A DNA stretch of 32,000 nucleotides from Vibrio alginolyticus NBRC 15630 = ATCC 17749 (GCF_000354175.2 NC_022349.1:1410001-1442000), one strand, 5' to 3'; numbered from the stretch's first letter, positions 19,859 to 29,722 are shown. Notes: generated from the sequence alone by a model not told the origin. Numbers and translations: made by a program.

Positions 19859-21958
19859 TCAGTTACCCACGGCTTGCACAATTCTGATCTGTTTTTCATC
19901 CGGGATTTCTTGGTAAGACAGTACCCGGAGATTAGGTATTGTGTTCTTCACAAATTTCGCCAACGTCGAGCGTAATACACCAGAAGTAAGCAGAACGGCA
20001 GGTTCGCCTTTCAGTTCTTGTTCCTGTGTCGCTTGGCTTAGTGAAGACTGCAATCGCTCAGCGAGTCCCGGTTCAATCCCCGCGGATTCGCCTCCTGATG
20101 CTTGCATAGTTTGATGCAATATTTGTTCCAGTTCGGGTATTAAAGTGATCACTGGTAACTCAGGCTCTATACCATTGATTTCTTGAACAATTAGACGTTT
20201 AAGACTAATTCGAACTGCTGCCGTCAATATGTCAGCTTCTTGACTCTTACTTGAGTACTCAGCCAAAGTTTGAACAATCGTGCGAATATCGCGGATTGGA
20301 ATGGCCTCGTTTAACAAGTTTTGTAGGACTTTCACCACCACACCTAATGGTAATTGGTCAGGAACAAAGTTCTCGACCAACTTAGGCGCGCTGCGTCCCA
20401 ACATTTCTAATAAATTCTCTACTTCTTCATGGCCAATTAGCTGTGATGCGTTGTTGGTCAATAGCTGGCTTAGGTGCGTCGCTAATACCGTTGATGAATC
20501 AACCACCGTATAACCTAAGGCTTGCGCGTGCTCACGCTGATCTTCTCGGATCCATACGGCTTCCAGTCCAAAAGCAGGGTCAATGGTTGGCTCACCATCA
20601 ATCATGCCATACACCTGACCTGGGTTAATCGCTAACTCTTGATCCGGACGAATCTCTGCTTCGCCCACCGCAACCCCCATCAATGTAATTCGGTAACTGT
20701 TTGGGGTCAGCTCAAGATTGTCACGAATATGAACCGCTGGAATTAGGAACCCAAAATCTTGCGATAACTTTTTACGCACGCCTTTTACGCGCTCTAACAG
20801 TTCCCCACCTTGGTCTCTGTCCACCAAAGGGATTAAGCGATAACCGACTTCCAAGCCAATAATATCGACTGGCTGGACGTCATCCCAAGACAGTTCGCGC
20901 TGTGAGGAAGGTTCTGTACCTTCGTCTGCTGTTGCTGGTAAAGCGGGCTCTTTCGCTTTCTGCTTCTGCCGTTTGTCGATGAAATATGCCGCTGCACCGG
21001 CCGCGACTGCCAGGCTCAAAAACGCAAAGTGTGGCATGCCCGGTACGATGCCCATCACACCAAGAATAGCCGCAGTAATCATCAGCGCTTTTGGGTTGTC
21101 GAACATCTGGAAAACCAGTTGTTCACCCATGTCTTCATCGGTGTTTTGGCGTGTCACCATCATTGCCGCTGCAATTGACAGCAATAGCGATGGGATTTGT
21201 GCGACCAAACCATCACCGATTGTCAGTAAGGTATAGATTTCAATCGCTTCACCGAAACCCAATCCATATTGCGCCATACCGATCGACAGACCGCCGACGA
21301 TGTTGATAAACAGAATCAAAATACCGGCAATCGCGTCACCTTTTACGAACTTCGAGGCACCATCCATCGAGCCATAGAAATCCGCTTCTTTGGTCACTTC
21401 AAAACGACGAACTCTTGCCTGCTCTTGGTCTATCAATCCGGCATTCAAGTCCGCATCAATCGCCATTTGCTTACCCGGCAACGCATCAAGCGTAAAGCGA
21501 GCACTTACCTCAGAGATACGACCCGCACCTTTGGTCACCACCATAAAGTTGATGATCATTAAGATGAGGAAAACCACTAGGCCGACCGCGTAGTTACCAC
21601 CAATAACGACGTTACCGAACGCCTCAATTACGTTACCTGCCGCATTACCGCCTTCATGACCATGCAGTAAGACGACACGAGTCGAGGCAACGTTCAAAGC
21701 CAAGCGGAGCAACGTGGCGATCAGCAATACCGTTGGAAAAGCAGCGAAGTCCAAAGGGCGACGTGTGTAAACGGTCACTAACAACACCACCATCGACAGC
21801 GCGATGTTAAAGGTGAAGAACATATCCAGCAAAAATGCTGGAATCGGCAGTACCACCATCGCTAGGGTGGCCAAAACCATCACCGGAGCACCAATAGCTG
21901 GCATTTCACGTTGAGGGATTCGTGGCAATTTATCTGCAAACGGCAGGCTTAACTTCAT
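19859..21958 (-). CDS. flhA: Flagellar type III export gate protein FlhA
   Basis: FHIPEP-family membrane domain (FTFNIALSMVVLL, GGNYAVGLVVFLIL, FVKGDAIAGILI) plus a large cytoplasmic domain. Start set at the ATG at 21958 (MKLSLPFADKL..., 699 aa) because its length agrees with other FlhA N-termini. The ORF is open to a GTG at 21991, which has AAGAG 5 nt upstream and is an alternative start. Confidence 0.9.
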   Translation of the reverse strand: MKLSLPFADKLPRIPQREMPAIGAPVMVLATLAMVVLPIPAFLLDMFFTFNIALSMVVLLVTVYTRRPLDFAAFPTVLLIATLLRLALNVASTRVVLLHGHEGGNAAGNVIEAFGNVVIGGNYAVGLVVFLILMIINFMVVTKGAGRISEVSARFTLDALPGKQMAIDADLNAGLIDQEQARVRRFEVTKEADFYGSMDGASKFVKGDAIAGILILFINIVGGLSIGMAQYGLGFGEAIEIYTLLTIGDGLVAQIPSLLLSIAAAMMVTRQNTDEDMGEQLVFQMFDNPKALMITAAILGVMGIVPGMPHFAFLSLAVAAGAAAYFIDKRQKQKAKEPALPATADEGTEPSSQRELSWDDVQPVDIIGLEVGYRLIPLVDRDQGGELLERVKGVRKKLSQDFGFLIPAVHIRDNLELTPNSYRITLMGVAVGEAEIRPDQELAINPGQVYGMIDGEPTIDPAFGLEAVWIREDQREHAQALGYTVVDSSTVLATHLSQLLTNNASQLIGHEEVENLLEMLGRSAPKLVENFVPDQLPLGVVVKVLQNLLNEAIPIRDIRTIVQTLAEYSSKSQEADILTAAVRISLKRLIVQEINGIEPELPVITLIPELEQILHQTMQASGGESAGIEPGLAERLQSSLSQATQEQELKGEPAVLLTSGVLRSTLAKFVKNTIPNLRVLSYQEIPDEKQIRIVQAVGN

Positions 21959-22064
21959 ACTGCGAGAGATCTCAATCGATTGAAGCGTCACGTAAGCTCT
22001 TACTATTAATACGCGACCGCTTTAGCCTAAAAGTTTAGGTAGGGTTGATAATTAAAGCGTTTTA

Positions 22065-22080
22065 AGCAATCTATGTACCA
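22065..22080 (-). promoter_or_regulatory. Sigma54 (-24/-12) promoter upstream of flhA
   Basis: The minus strand reads TGGTACATAGATTGCT against the consensus TGGCACGNNNNTTGCW, with exact GG-N10-GC spacing. It lies in the 177-bp flhB-flhA spacer, 74-107 nt upstream of the candidate flhA start codons. Confidence 0.6.
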
Positions 22081-22168
22081 TAATTAGCGCCAAAATAATG
22101 ACTAAACACTCAAATAGAGCTTAGCTTTTGATCAAACGAGCTTTTTTAAGGCTTTACAGCTTTTCGTA

Positions 22169-23299
22169 TCAATGACGGTGCTCGGGCGGGATTGGCAAAT
22201 CATAATCTTGAATTTTCGGGCGCTGTCCACCTCGTTTTCGGTATTGCTTCAATTGGAATACAAATGCCAAAACCTGAGCGACGGCAGTAAATAACCCATC
22301 GGGGATCTCTTGCTCGAGCTCTGTCGTGTGGTACAACGCACGAGCCAAAGGTGGTGCGGGCACAATCGTAATGTCATGTTCGCGGGCGACTTCTCGAATC
22401 TTCATCGCCATGTGGTCAGTACCTTTAGCGATCACGACTGGCGCACGGTCTGTCTTCTGTTTATAACGAAGCGCTACCGAGAAGTGCTCTGGGTTAGTAA
22501 CAATAACATCAGCTTGAGGAACGTCCGCCATCATTCGACGTTGAGCCGCTTCCCTTTGCAACATACGAATACGGCCTTTCACTTCCGGCTTACCTTCAGT
22601 CTCTTTGTATTCGTCTTTGACTTCTTGCTTGGTCATTTTTAACTGATCGGCGTGCTGCCAAATTTGAAATGGAATATCGATGGCAACCACAATCAATAGC
22701 GAGCAACTGATCAGCAAAATAAAGTTCAGCAAAATATCTAAAGCATGGAAGATGTTTTGCGGATACACATCCATGCTCAATTGAATCAGATCGGCCTGTG
22801 ATGCTTGGATCAAATAGATGGCGACACCAGTGACCAGAACCACTTTAAGGATTGATTTGATCAACTCTACCCAGCTTTGCATGCCAACCATTCGCTTTAA
22901 GCCGCTAAGCGGATTCATTTTCGACAGCTTGGGCATGGCCGCTTGGGCAGAAAAACTGATTCCTCCCACACCTGCTGCTCCAATCATGGCGGCGGTAAAC
23001 AATGTCGCTAACACCAAAAATAGTGGGAACAACAAATCACTCATCGCGCCCAAAGCGATATCAAACAGTTTTGCAGTATCGAAAATCTCTTCTCGTTGAA
23101 GATCAAATAAACGGCTCATGATGGAAAACAATGAACGTGCTAACGCCTCGCCAAACCACATCAATGAAATGGCGCCAACGATCAGCACAGATGCTGATGC
23201 AAGCTCTTTAGATCGAGCGACCTGCCCCTTTTCTCTGGCTTGTTGTAACCGTCGGGGCGTGGCTTCTTCGGTGCGTTCCTGACCGTCTGATTCTGCCAA
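22169..23299 (-). CDS. flhB: Flagellar type III export switch protein FlhB
   Basis: N-terminus AESDGQERTEEATPRRLQQAREKGQVARS, four transmembrane segments, and a C-terminal autocleavage domain with the site VTNPEHFSVAL. Confidence 0.93.
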   Translation of the reverse strand: MAESDGQERTEEATPRRLQQAREKGQVARSKELASASVLIVGAISLMWFGEALARSLFSIMSRLFDLQREEIFDTAKLFDIALGAMSDLLFPLFLVLATLFTAAMIGAAGVGGISFSAQAAMPKLSKMNPLSGLKRMVGMQSWVELIKSILKVVLVTGVAIYLIQASQADLIQLSMDVYPQNIFHALDILLNFILLISCSLLIVVAIDIPFQIWQHADQLKMTKQEVKDEYKETEGKPEVKGRIRMLQREAAQRRMMADVPQADVIVTNPEHFSVALRYKQKTDRAPVVIAKGTDHMAMKIREVAREHDITIVPAPPLARALYHTTELEQEIPDGLFTAVAQVLAFVFQLKQYRKRGGQRPKIQDYDLPIPPEHRH

Positions 23300-23302
23300 A
23301 TC

Positions 23303-24085
23303 TTAGCACTCCAAGCGAATGAGCCGACAAATCTGCGCCTCACCCACTGTCCAGAACATTTCATAATGACTGTATAGACCAGCCAGTATGTACCAACAAA
23401 GTAATAGACCCACCATCAAAGCAAAAGCAAAACCAAGCGAGAAGATATTCAGCTGTGGTGCGGCACGGGTCATTACACCAAACGACAAGTTAATGGTCAG
23501 TAGTGCAATAATGCCGGATAGAGACATACTCAATGCCGTTTGGAACATAATACCAAGCCAGCCTGCCATTTCACGGAAATCAACCGCGTTGAGCGAGCCG
23601 GAGCCAATCGGCAAAGTTTTAAAACTGAACACCACCAATTGCAGCATTTTTAAGTGTCCATCGGTGGCAAGGAAAAACATTGTCGTTAAGAACATGAATA
23701 ACTGACCAAGCAATGGCGTGTTCTGACCATTTGCGGGATCGACCATAGAAGCAAAGCCCAAACTTGATTGCATACCCAATATTTGACCCAGCAGGACAAA
23801 GGTTTGAATCATAAATTGAGTAACCATACCCATCGCTATGCCGATGATCATTTGCTCGGCAATGGTCATGAAGCCACGAAACGAGAGTAGCTCAATGTCT
23901 TGAGGTACGGCGGGGATAGCTGGCATGACAGCGAAAGTGATGGCTAAACCGAGGTAAAGGCGGATTCTTGGCGAAACAAATCGGGCCCCGGTTACTGTCA
24001 TCACCATCAACATGGATGAGATACGAACATAGGGCCAGAAGTAGTTTGCGATCCAATCTAAGACAACGCTAGTGGGGTACTCCAT
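23303..24085 (-). CDS. fliR: Flagellar export apparatus protein FliR
   Basis: 260-aa polytopic membrane protein immediately between fliQ and flhB. FliR-like N-terminus (FWPYVRISSMLMVMTV...). Confidence 0.88.
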   Translation of the reverse strand: MEYPTSVVLDWIANYFWPYVRISSMLMVMTVTGARFVSPRIRLYLGLAITFAVMPAIPAVPQDIELLSFRGFMTIAEQMIIGIAMGMVTQFMIQTFVLLGQILGMQSSLGFASMVDPANGQNTPLLGQLFMFLTTMFFLATDGHLKMLQLVVFSFKTLPIGSGSLNAVDFREMAGWLGIMFQTALSMSLSGIIALLTINLSFGVMTRAAPQLNIFSLGFAFALMVGLLLCWYILAGLYSHYEMFWTVGEAQICRLIRLEC

Positions 24086-24093
24086 AGGCGCCT

Positions 24094-24363
24094 CTAATAA
24101 AGCACCTGAGGTAAGCGTTCAATCAAGCCATAGAAATATTCCATCAACATTTGCGTCATCCAATGCCCAAACAGCATCAGGGCCAAAAGCGTGACAATCA
24201 AACGCGGTAAGAAGCTCAACGTTTGTTCGTTGATGGATGTCGCAGCTTGAAAAATCGCGACTACAAGGCCGATAAGCAAGCTTGGGATGATAATAGCGCA
24301 GACCATGATAAGCACCATCCAAAGTGCTTCACGGAAAAGCTCGACAAACATTTCTGGTGTCAT
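24094..24363 (-). CDS. fliQ: Flagellar export apparatus protein FliQ
   Basis: 89 aa with two transmembrane helices. The typical motif AIFQAATSINEQTLSFLPRL is present. Confidence 0.9.
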   Translation of the reverse strand: MTPEMFVELFREALWMVLIMVCAIIIPSLLIGLVVAIFQAATSINEQTLSFLPRLIVTLLALMLFGHWMTQMLMEYFYGLIERLPQVLY

Positions 24364-24387
24364 GTCTTATCCTCTATCTGCGCTTAT

Positions 24388-25257
24388 CTAAAGGGCAAAG
24401 CTGCCCGCAAGTGTCGAGAGTATCAAGTTCCAACCATCGACCAATACGAACAACATCAACTTGAACGGCAACGAAACAATCATTGGTGACAACATCATCA
24501 TACCCATTGCCATCAGTACCGAAGCGACTACAAGGTCAATAATCAAAAACGGCAAGAAGAGCATAAAGCCAATTTGGAATGCAGTTTTTAGCTCTGAGGT
24601 GATAAAAGCCGGAATCAACACCGCCATCGACACATCTTCTGGATTCTCGACTTGCTCTCCTGACATGGTTACGAACGTCTCCAAGTCTTTGATTCGGGTC
24701 TGCTTAAGCATAAATGCTTTCATTGGCGCTTGTGCAGCATCAAACGCTTCTCGCGCCGTGACTTGCTCGTTCAAATAAGGCTGAACAGCTTTGTCGTTGA
24801 TTTCGTTCAGGACAGGGGACATAACAAAAAAGGTCAAAAACAGCGCAATACCAATAATAACCTGATTAGAAGGCGTTTGTTGCAAACCCATTGCCTGACG
24901 CAATATCGACATCACCACCACAATTCGAGTGAACGAGGTCATCAGAATCACCATGGCAGGCAAGAAGCCAAGCATGGTCATTAACGCTAAAATTTGTAGT
25001 GTAACCGAGTAGTCTTCACTGCCATCAGGGTTCGTGGTCATGGTGAATGCTGGAATACCACCGCCACTAGAAACGGACATAGCACGGCTAGCACCAGTAT
25101 CACTTTGCATAGCCTGAACTGTAACACTACTTCCATCGGCTAAGTTATCTGGCAGCGCTGACTCCTCTGCTTCAGCAAAGGTAAATGAAGAAAACAGCAC
25201 GCCGACAAAAAGTAACAACGTACTCAGGAGCAAACGAATTGGATTACCCTTTGTCAT
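24388..25257 (-). CDS. fliP: Flagellar export apparatus protein FliP
   Basis: Signal-like N-terminus followed by the conserved FliP core ([64 protein letters not shown]). 14-nt overlap with fliO. Confidence 0.92.
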   Translation of the reverse strand: MTKGNPIRLLLSTLLLFVGVLFSSFTFAEAEESALPDNLADGSSVTVQAMQSDTGASRAMSVSSGGGIPAFTMTTNPDGSEDYSVTLQILALMTMLGFLPAMVILMTSFTRIVVVMSILRQAMGLQQTPSNQVIIGIALFLTFFVMSPVLNEINDKAVQPYLNEQVTAREAFDAAQAPMKAFMLKQTRIKDLETFVTMSGEQVENPEDVSMAVLIPAFITSELKTAFQIGFMLFLPFLIIDLVVASVLMAMGMMMLSPMIVSLPFKLMLFVLVDGWNLILSTLAGSFAL

Positions 25258-25657
25258 GTTTTTTGATCAGCTGGCTAAATTGAGTCGCAAAAGCATTGGT
25301 CGCCAACTCTTCCTCTTTCAGTGGCTTATCTAACTTGGCTAAAGTTTGGATCGATTGGCTAGTAATCCCAACCAAAAACTGTTCTTCACCCACTTGAACT
25401 ACTGCGATTCTTTCTTTTGTACCCACTGGCAACTGACTCACTATACGCAAGCCCTTTTGTTGTCCCATCGCTGGCACTTGCATACGTTTCAGCAACCAAG
25501 CCAGCAAAAGAATCACGCCGATTACAAGCACAAGCGAGCCAAGTGTCGTCGCAAGATCTAGATTATTTGGTGCGGCAGCAAATGCATAAGGAGCACTTAG
25601 TATTAAGCTCAGTGCTCCAGTGATTTGCTTCAATCGCATTTTGATTGAACGACTCAT
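25244..25657 (-). CDS. fliO: Flagellar export protein FliO
   Basis: 137 aa with a single transmembrane segment ([18 protein letters not shown]). Lies between fliN and fliP. The family assignment rests mainly on size, topology and synteny. Confidence 0.75.
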   Translation of the reverse strand: MSRSIKMRLKQITGALSLILSAPYAFAAAPNNLDLATTLGSLVLVIGVILLLAWLLKRMQVPAMGQQKGLRIVSQLPVGTKERIAVVQVGEEQFLVGITSQSIQTLAKLDKPLKEEELATNAFATQFSQLIKKHDKG

Positions 25658-25658
25658 C

Positions 25659-26069
25659 TTAACGCAGCTTCTTAATTCGTTCAGTTTGGCTGATCACATC
25701 CGTCAAACGGATACCAAACTTATCGTTGACGACCACGACTTCGCCGTGAGCAATCAAAGTACCGTTAACCAATACGTCGAGCGACTCACCGGCTAGACGA
25801 TCCAATTCAACAACCGAACCTTGGTTAAGCTGCAACAGGTTCCGAATGCTAATTTGAGAACGACCGACTTCCATCGAAATCGTCACCGGGATATCCATAA
25901 TAGTGTCGAGTTTACGACGCTCATCTTCGCTAATTGGGCTTGAAGTGTCTTTTAGCTCTTCCAGTGGCGCAGCCAATACTTCATCTACGTCTACAGAAGG
26001 GGCAGACGGGTCTTCGCCAAGAGCGGCTGCCCATTCGTCTGCTAGCTTTTGATCGTCACTTGGTTCCAT
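25659..26069 (-). CDS. fliN: Flagellar motor switch protein FliN
   Basis: Acidic N-terminus and a C-terminal SpoA domain (IPVTISMEVGRSQISIRNLLQLNQGSVVELD...LIAHGEVVVVNDKFGIRLTDV). Confidence 0.93.
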   Translation of the reverse strand: MEPSDDQKLADEWAAALGEDPSAPSVDVDEVLAAPLEELKDTSSPISEDERRKLDTIMDIPVTISMEVGRSQISIRNLLQLNQGSVVELDRLAGESLDVLVNGTLIAHGEVVVVNDKFGIRLTDVISQTERIKKLR

Positions 26070-26127
26070 TTTTCTATCCTGTGTTACGCCTTACTCATGC
26101 CATAGCATGTCTGTTTAATAAGGTATC

Positions 26128-27174
26128 TTAATGGTCTATATCGTCTTCACTCTCAAGCTCGGACATGATGTCTTTACCTAAGAAAGCTAAATCTGTTTTG
26201 ACGACATGTGGGCGCTCAATTTCCTCAGAAATTTGCACCGCTAATTTATCTTCCGAACGACCCATTTTTACGCGATAGGTCGGTAGGTCTTCTACAAACA
26301 TCGTCGCATGTTCTGGCATTTCAATCGGGATGATATCGCCCGGTTGCAGCTCCATGAGATCACGCAAAGAAATGTCTTTTTCGAGCAAGTTCACACGGAA
26401 GTTAACCGGACAATCCATGATCTCTTCACGTAGTGCTGAGCTCCAGCGAACGTCCGTTTCCATCTTGTCGGACTGAACACCTGCATCCAATAGTTCACGG
26501 ATAGGCTCAACCATGGAGTAAGGCATAACGACATGAAAATCGCCGCCACCGCCGTCAACTTCTATATGGAATGAACTCACGACAATCACTTCTGTCGGGC
26601 TGACAATGTTTGCCATGCTTGGGTTTACTTCAGAGTCGAGATATTCGAACTCTACCCCCATCACTGGCGACCACGCTTCTTTATAATCTTCAAATACAAT
26701 TTTCAGTAACAACTGAATGATGCGGCGTTCCGTTGGGGTAAATTCACGGCCTTCTATTTTGGCGTGGAATCGACCATCACCGCCAAAGAAGTTTTCTACC
26801 AGAATAAAGACTAAACGAGCCTCCATGGTGATCAACGCAGTGCCTTTTAACGGACGAAAACGCACCATGTTCAAACTGGTTGGCACGTACAATGTGTTCT
26901 GGTATTCACCAAACTTCATCATCTGCACGCCATTGATCGACACCTCTGCCGTTTTACGCAGCATATTAAACAGACTAATACGCATGTGCCGTGCGAAGCG
27001 CTCGTTGATAAGTTCGAGCGTCGGCATTCGACCACGTACGATTCTGTCTTGCGACGAGAAATCAAAATTGACGGCGCCCTCAGTGTCGTTTTCTATCGGT
27101 TCATCGACGTCATCAACATCGTCAACCCCATGCAATAGCGCATCAATTTCGTCTTGGCTTAATAGATCGGTCAC
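26128..27174 (-). CDS. fliM: Flagellar motor switch protein FliM
   Basis: N-terminal CheY-P binding peptide LSQDEIDALL, a central FliM domain and a C-terminal SpoA-like domain. 348 aa. Confidence 0.93.
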   Translation of the reverse strand: MTDLLSQDEIDALLHGVDDVDDVDEPIENDTEGAVNFDFSSQDRIVRGRMPTLELINERFARHMRISLFNMLRKTAEVSINGVQMMKFGEYQNTLYVPTSLNMVRFRPLKGTALITMEARLVFILVENFFGGDGRFHAKIEGREFTPTERRIIQLLLKIVFEDYKEAWSPVMGVEFEYLDSEVNPSMANIVSPTEVIVVSSFHIEVDGGGGDFHVVMPYSMVEPIRELLDAGVQSDKMETDVRWSSALREEIMDCPVNFRVNLLEKDISLRDLMELQPGDIIPIEMPEHATMFVEDLPTYRVKMGRSEDKLAVQISEEIERPHVVKTDLAFLGKDIMSELESEDDIDH

Positions 27175-27181
27175 GTTTTAC

Positions 27182-27685
27182 CTATTGAATAACAAAATCT
27201 GTAAACAGTACTTTTTCAATCACTGGCTTACCGACCGCAGCATTCAGCGCTGCTTTGATATCTTCGGAAGCACGATCGCGCAATTCCACTCGTCCTGTAG
27301 GAGAGCGCAATTGATCAACCGTCGCGGAAGCAAACGTTGATAGCATAGAGCTTTCAATCAGTGGCGAATGATACCGCGCCAACTCTTCATTTTCTGCACC
27401 GCGAACCATTAACTGCGCTTTAATTTGAACCAACCTATCGCGGCTATCCCCAGTAACGTTAAATACAAATGCCTGAGGAAGATTCACATACGCGATGGGC
27501 GCAGCATCCGATGCCTTCACTTGAGCCTGTTGAGACGACTCAGCCTGAGCAGGTTCATCAGAGCCCATTAGAAAAAATGCCGCTGCCCCGCCACCAAGTA
27601 GTAATACTACAACAGCGATGATGATGATAAGTAACTTGCTTTTTCCTTTCGGCGCATCGGCCCCTTGTAACTGTTCTTCTGCCAT
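27182..27685 (-). CDS. fliL: Flagellar basal-body-associated protein FliL
   Basis: 167 aa with a single transmembrane segment (LLIIIIAVVVLLLGGGAAAFFL). The periplasmic domain ends ...VLFTDFVIQ, which is typical of FliL. Located upstream of fliM. Confidence 0.88.
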   Translation of the reverse strand: MAEEQLQGADAPKGKSKLLIIIIAVVVLLLGGGAAAFFLMGSDEPAQAESSQQAQVKASDAAPIAYVNLPQAFVFNVTGDSRDRLVQIKAQLMVRGAENEELARYHSPLIESSMLSTFASATVDQLRSPTGRVELRDRASEDIKAALNAAVGKPVIEKVLFTDFVIQ

Positions 27686-27770
27686 TCTTGTCTCTTATTG
27701 TTCTTTTGAGTTACCAAGACGTTTTAGTGAGTTGCTTGGTAACCATATTCCATTGCCGTTAAACGGCCTT

Positions 27771-29624
27771 TTATGCGTAAAAACTAATTCCATCACGCTT
27801 TGAAGCGACATTCAAATCCAGATTGACATCAGATTCAAAACCCTCTTCGGACTGTCCAGAAAAACCGCCACTTTGCGCGCTTTGACCATGTTGTTCAGCA
27901 GTATACCTACCTTGCTGTTGCCCGCTGTTTTGTTGCTGGACGGAAGAATCAGCCAGCTGCATACCTTGTTGTGCTAGCATTTCTCTCAAACGAGGGAGCG
28001 TCTGTTCAATAATGTCACGAGCTTGCGGGTTGTTCACTGTAAAATGTACATTGGCAACGTCATTATTCATGGTCATACGAATTTGCATACGACCTAACTC
28101 TGGTGGATCAAGACGAATATCGAGATTTTTCAGATTCTTCGACATCATCATTTGCACTTTTTCCGCAACTTGCTCGTTGGCTAGCTCTTTAGTTAGTTGC
28201 AACGGAAGCTGAGCTTGTTGTGCAGCATCAATACGCGCTTGTTGCTGTACATTAATTCCTTGCTGACCTGCCATAGCCTGAAGCTGTCCAGCGAAACCGT
28301 GTTGGAGATCCGGCTTATCTTGTTTATCCGCAGTCGCCTTTAGCGCACCAGTCGCCAATGCTGCGTTCATCACTTTCTGGCTAATCTCTCCGTCTTTCAC
28401 ACCTTGAAGCGACGTCGGCACTTGCGCGGTTATCAACGTATCGGGCGTTGGAGATAATGCGACTTTTTCTCCACTATGAGCAGTTTGTGGCTGGGGTACT
28501 TGAGCCGCTGTATGCTGGATTTGCTGAGACACTGCCATAGGTCCAGCCTGGCGAGTTAAATTATGTTGTACTTGTTGCTCTGCGAGAATCTGTTTAATGT
28601 CATTAGGGAGCGCAACAAATTGGGCAAGGTCTTGATCAGGAATATCCGCCGTGATCCTTCCTTGTTTCAACCCTTCAATGATCTGAGCTTCTTGCTGAGT
28701 CAGTGGTTTTCCTTGCGCCAACTTAGTATCTATAACTTCAAGTTCATCCAAGGAGACTCGTGGAAGCGCGTCGATGTTGGAACCATCAACGTCTGTTAAC
28801 AACGGCGACAGATCATTAGCTACTTCACCACTGACTGCGCTCTTAGCCGTCGGATGGCTGGCTTGTTTCGCTAGCTCTTGCCAAGCAGCAAACTCAGGCG
28901 AAAGTTTGTCGACATCGATAGGTTGACCATTCTTATCTAAAATTGGCTCTAAGTCTTGTCCTGGGATCATCTGTGCTTGTTCAAGAGAATGAACTGATGG
29001 CGTTTCATTCAAAGCCAGCTCATCAAGGTGTGTCGAAACGGTTGCTTGCTCGTGGAACGAATGCACTAAATTCGCGCTCTGAGGCAAAACTTTGCCACTA
29101 TCGATGGATGCATTACTCGCATTCAGGGTTTGATTCGCTTGTTCAATTCGACCAAGAAGCTGTTGTCCTTCGCCCATCGTGCTTTTTACGTCCACTATAT
29201 TTGATGGGTTGCTCGTATCGATTGATGTTGATTTCACTTTTTCAATAGCTTCAACATCATTCTCCAAAGGTGTGCTGTTACTCGCCTTTTGTAAACTTGC
29301 TTCTTCACTTAAGGTTGCATTCGGTTTGTTTGCTGATATTTCATCAAAACCATGGGGCTCGTCACTGACGGATTCTTGGCTTTCTTGCGCCAACAATTCG
29401 TCCGAGACGTTAGCAGAAGAAGTACTGCCTACATCCGCTCTTTCTTTTTCTTCAACCACTGTCGATTCTGTTGCTACTTTTTCGGGCTTTTGTTTACCAG
29501 CAAACGCATCGGTTAACGTTTCTAAAAATCCCTTGCTCTCAGTGCTCTCTGCGGACGCTTTAGCGGACACATCAGAAACTGGCGTCTTGGTAGTCGCAGA
29601 TACATGGGACAAATTCACACTCAT
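27771..29624 (-). CDS. fliK: Flagellar hook-length control protein FliK
   Basis: 617 aa with a low-complexity Ser/Gln/Ala-rich N-terminal part. The C-terminal Flg_hook domain has LDIRLDPPELGRMQIRMTMNNDVANVHFTV and a Gln-rich tail. Position between fliJ and fliL fits. Confidence 0.85.
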   Translation of the reverse strand: MSVNLSHVSATTKTPVSDVSAKASAESTESKGFLETLTDAFAGKQKPEKVATESTVVEEKERADVGSTSSANVSDELLAQESQESVSDEPHGFDEISANKPNATLSEEASLQKASNSTPLENDVEAIEKVKSTSIDTSNPSNIVDVKSTMGEGQQLLGRIEQANQTLNASNASIDSGKVLPQSANLVHSFHEQATVSTHLDELALNETPSVHSLEQAQMIPGQDLEPILDKNGQPIDVDKLSPEFAAWQELAKQASHPTAKSAVSGEVANDLSPLLTDVDGSNIDALPRVSLDELEVIDTKLAQGKPLTQQEAQIIEGLKQGRITADIPDQDLAQFVALPNDIKQILAEQQVQHNLTRQAGPMAVSQQIQHTAAQVPQPQTAHSGEKVALSPTPDTLITAQVPTSLQGVKDGEISQKVMNAALATGALKATADKQDKPDLQHGFAGQLQAMAGQQGINVQQQARIDAAQQAQLPLQLTKELANEQVAEKVQMMMSKNLKNLDIRLDPPELGRMQIRMTMNNDVANVHFTVNNPQARDIIEQTLPRLREMLAQQGMQLADSSVQQQNSGQQQGRYTAEQHGQSAQSGGFSGQSEEGFESDVNLDLNVASKRDGISFYA

Positions 29625-29722
29625 TTAGAAACTCTCGTTCTCGTGGCTCTGAGTATATCGCTGGCAGGCAGCAATACTGGCGGCAAACTAAGGTCAAAAA
29701 GACCCGACACTGACAGCTAAAA

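Noticed and set aside
26717-27340. Long antisense ORFs lie opposite known genes. Examples are the 207-aa ORF opposite fliM/fliL, 4631-5290 opposite ccmF, 29179-29628 opposite fliK, and 1729-2064 and 2434-2856 opposite ccmI. There are many shorter ones.
   Set aside because: Their composition is Ser/Arg/Thr-rich and low in complexity, as expected for the antisense frames of real genes. They have no RBS or recognisable motifs, and every one is fully contained within a strongly supported gene on the other strand.
27752-27768. An AGGCCGTTTAACGGCA string with GG-N10-GC spacing lies just downstream of the fliK stop codon and could be a sigma54 promoter for fliL.
   Set aside because: Both the -24 element (AGGCC versus TGGCA) and the -12 element (CGGCA versus TTGCA) are poor matches. 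The string is better explained as a small palindromic hairpin.
29662-29680. A plus-strand TGGCAG...GCAATACTGG string in the fliK/NIPSNAP intergenic region resembles a sigma54 -24 box.
   Set aside because: There is no GC dinucleotide at the required +10 spacing on either strand. The properly spaced match is the one at 29723-29738.
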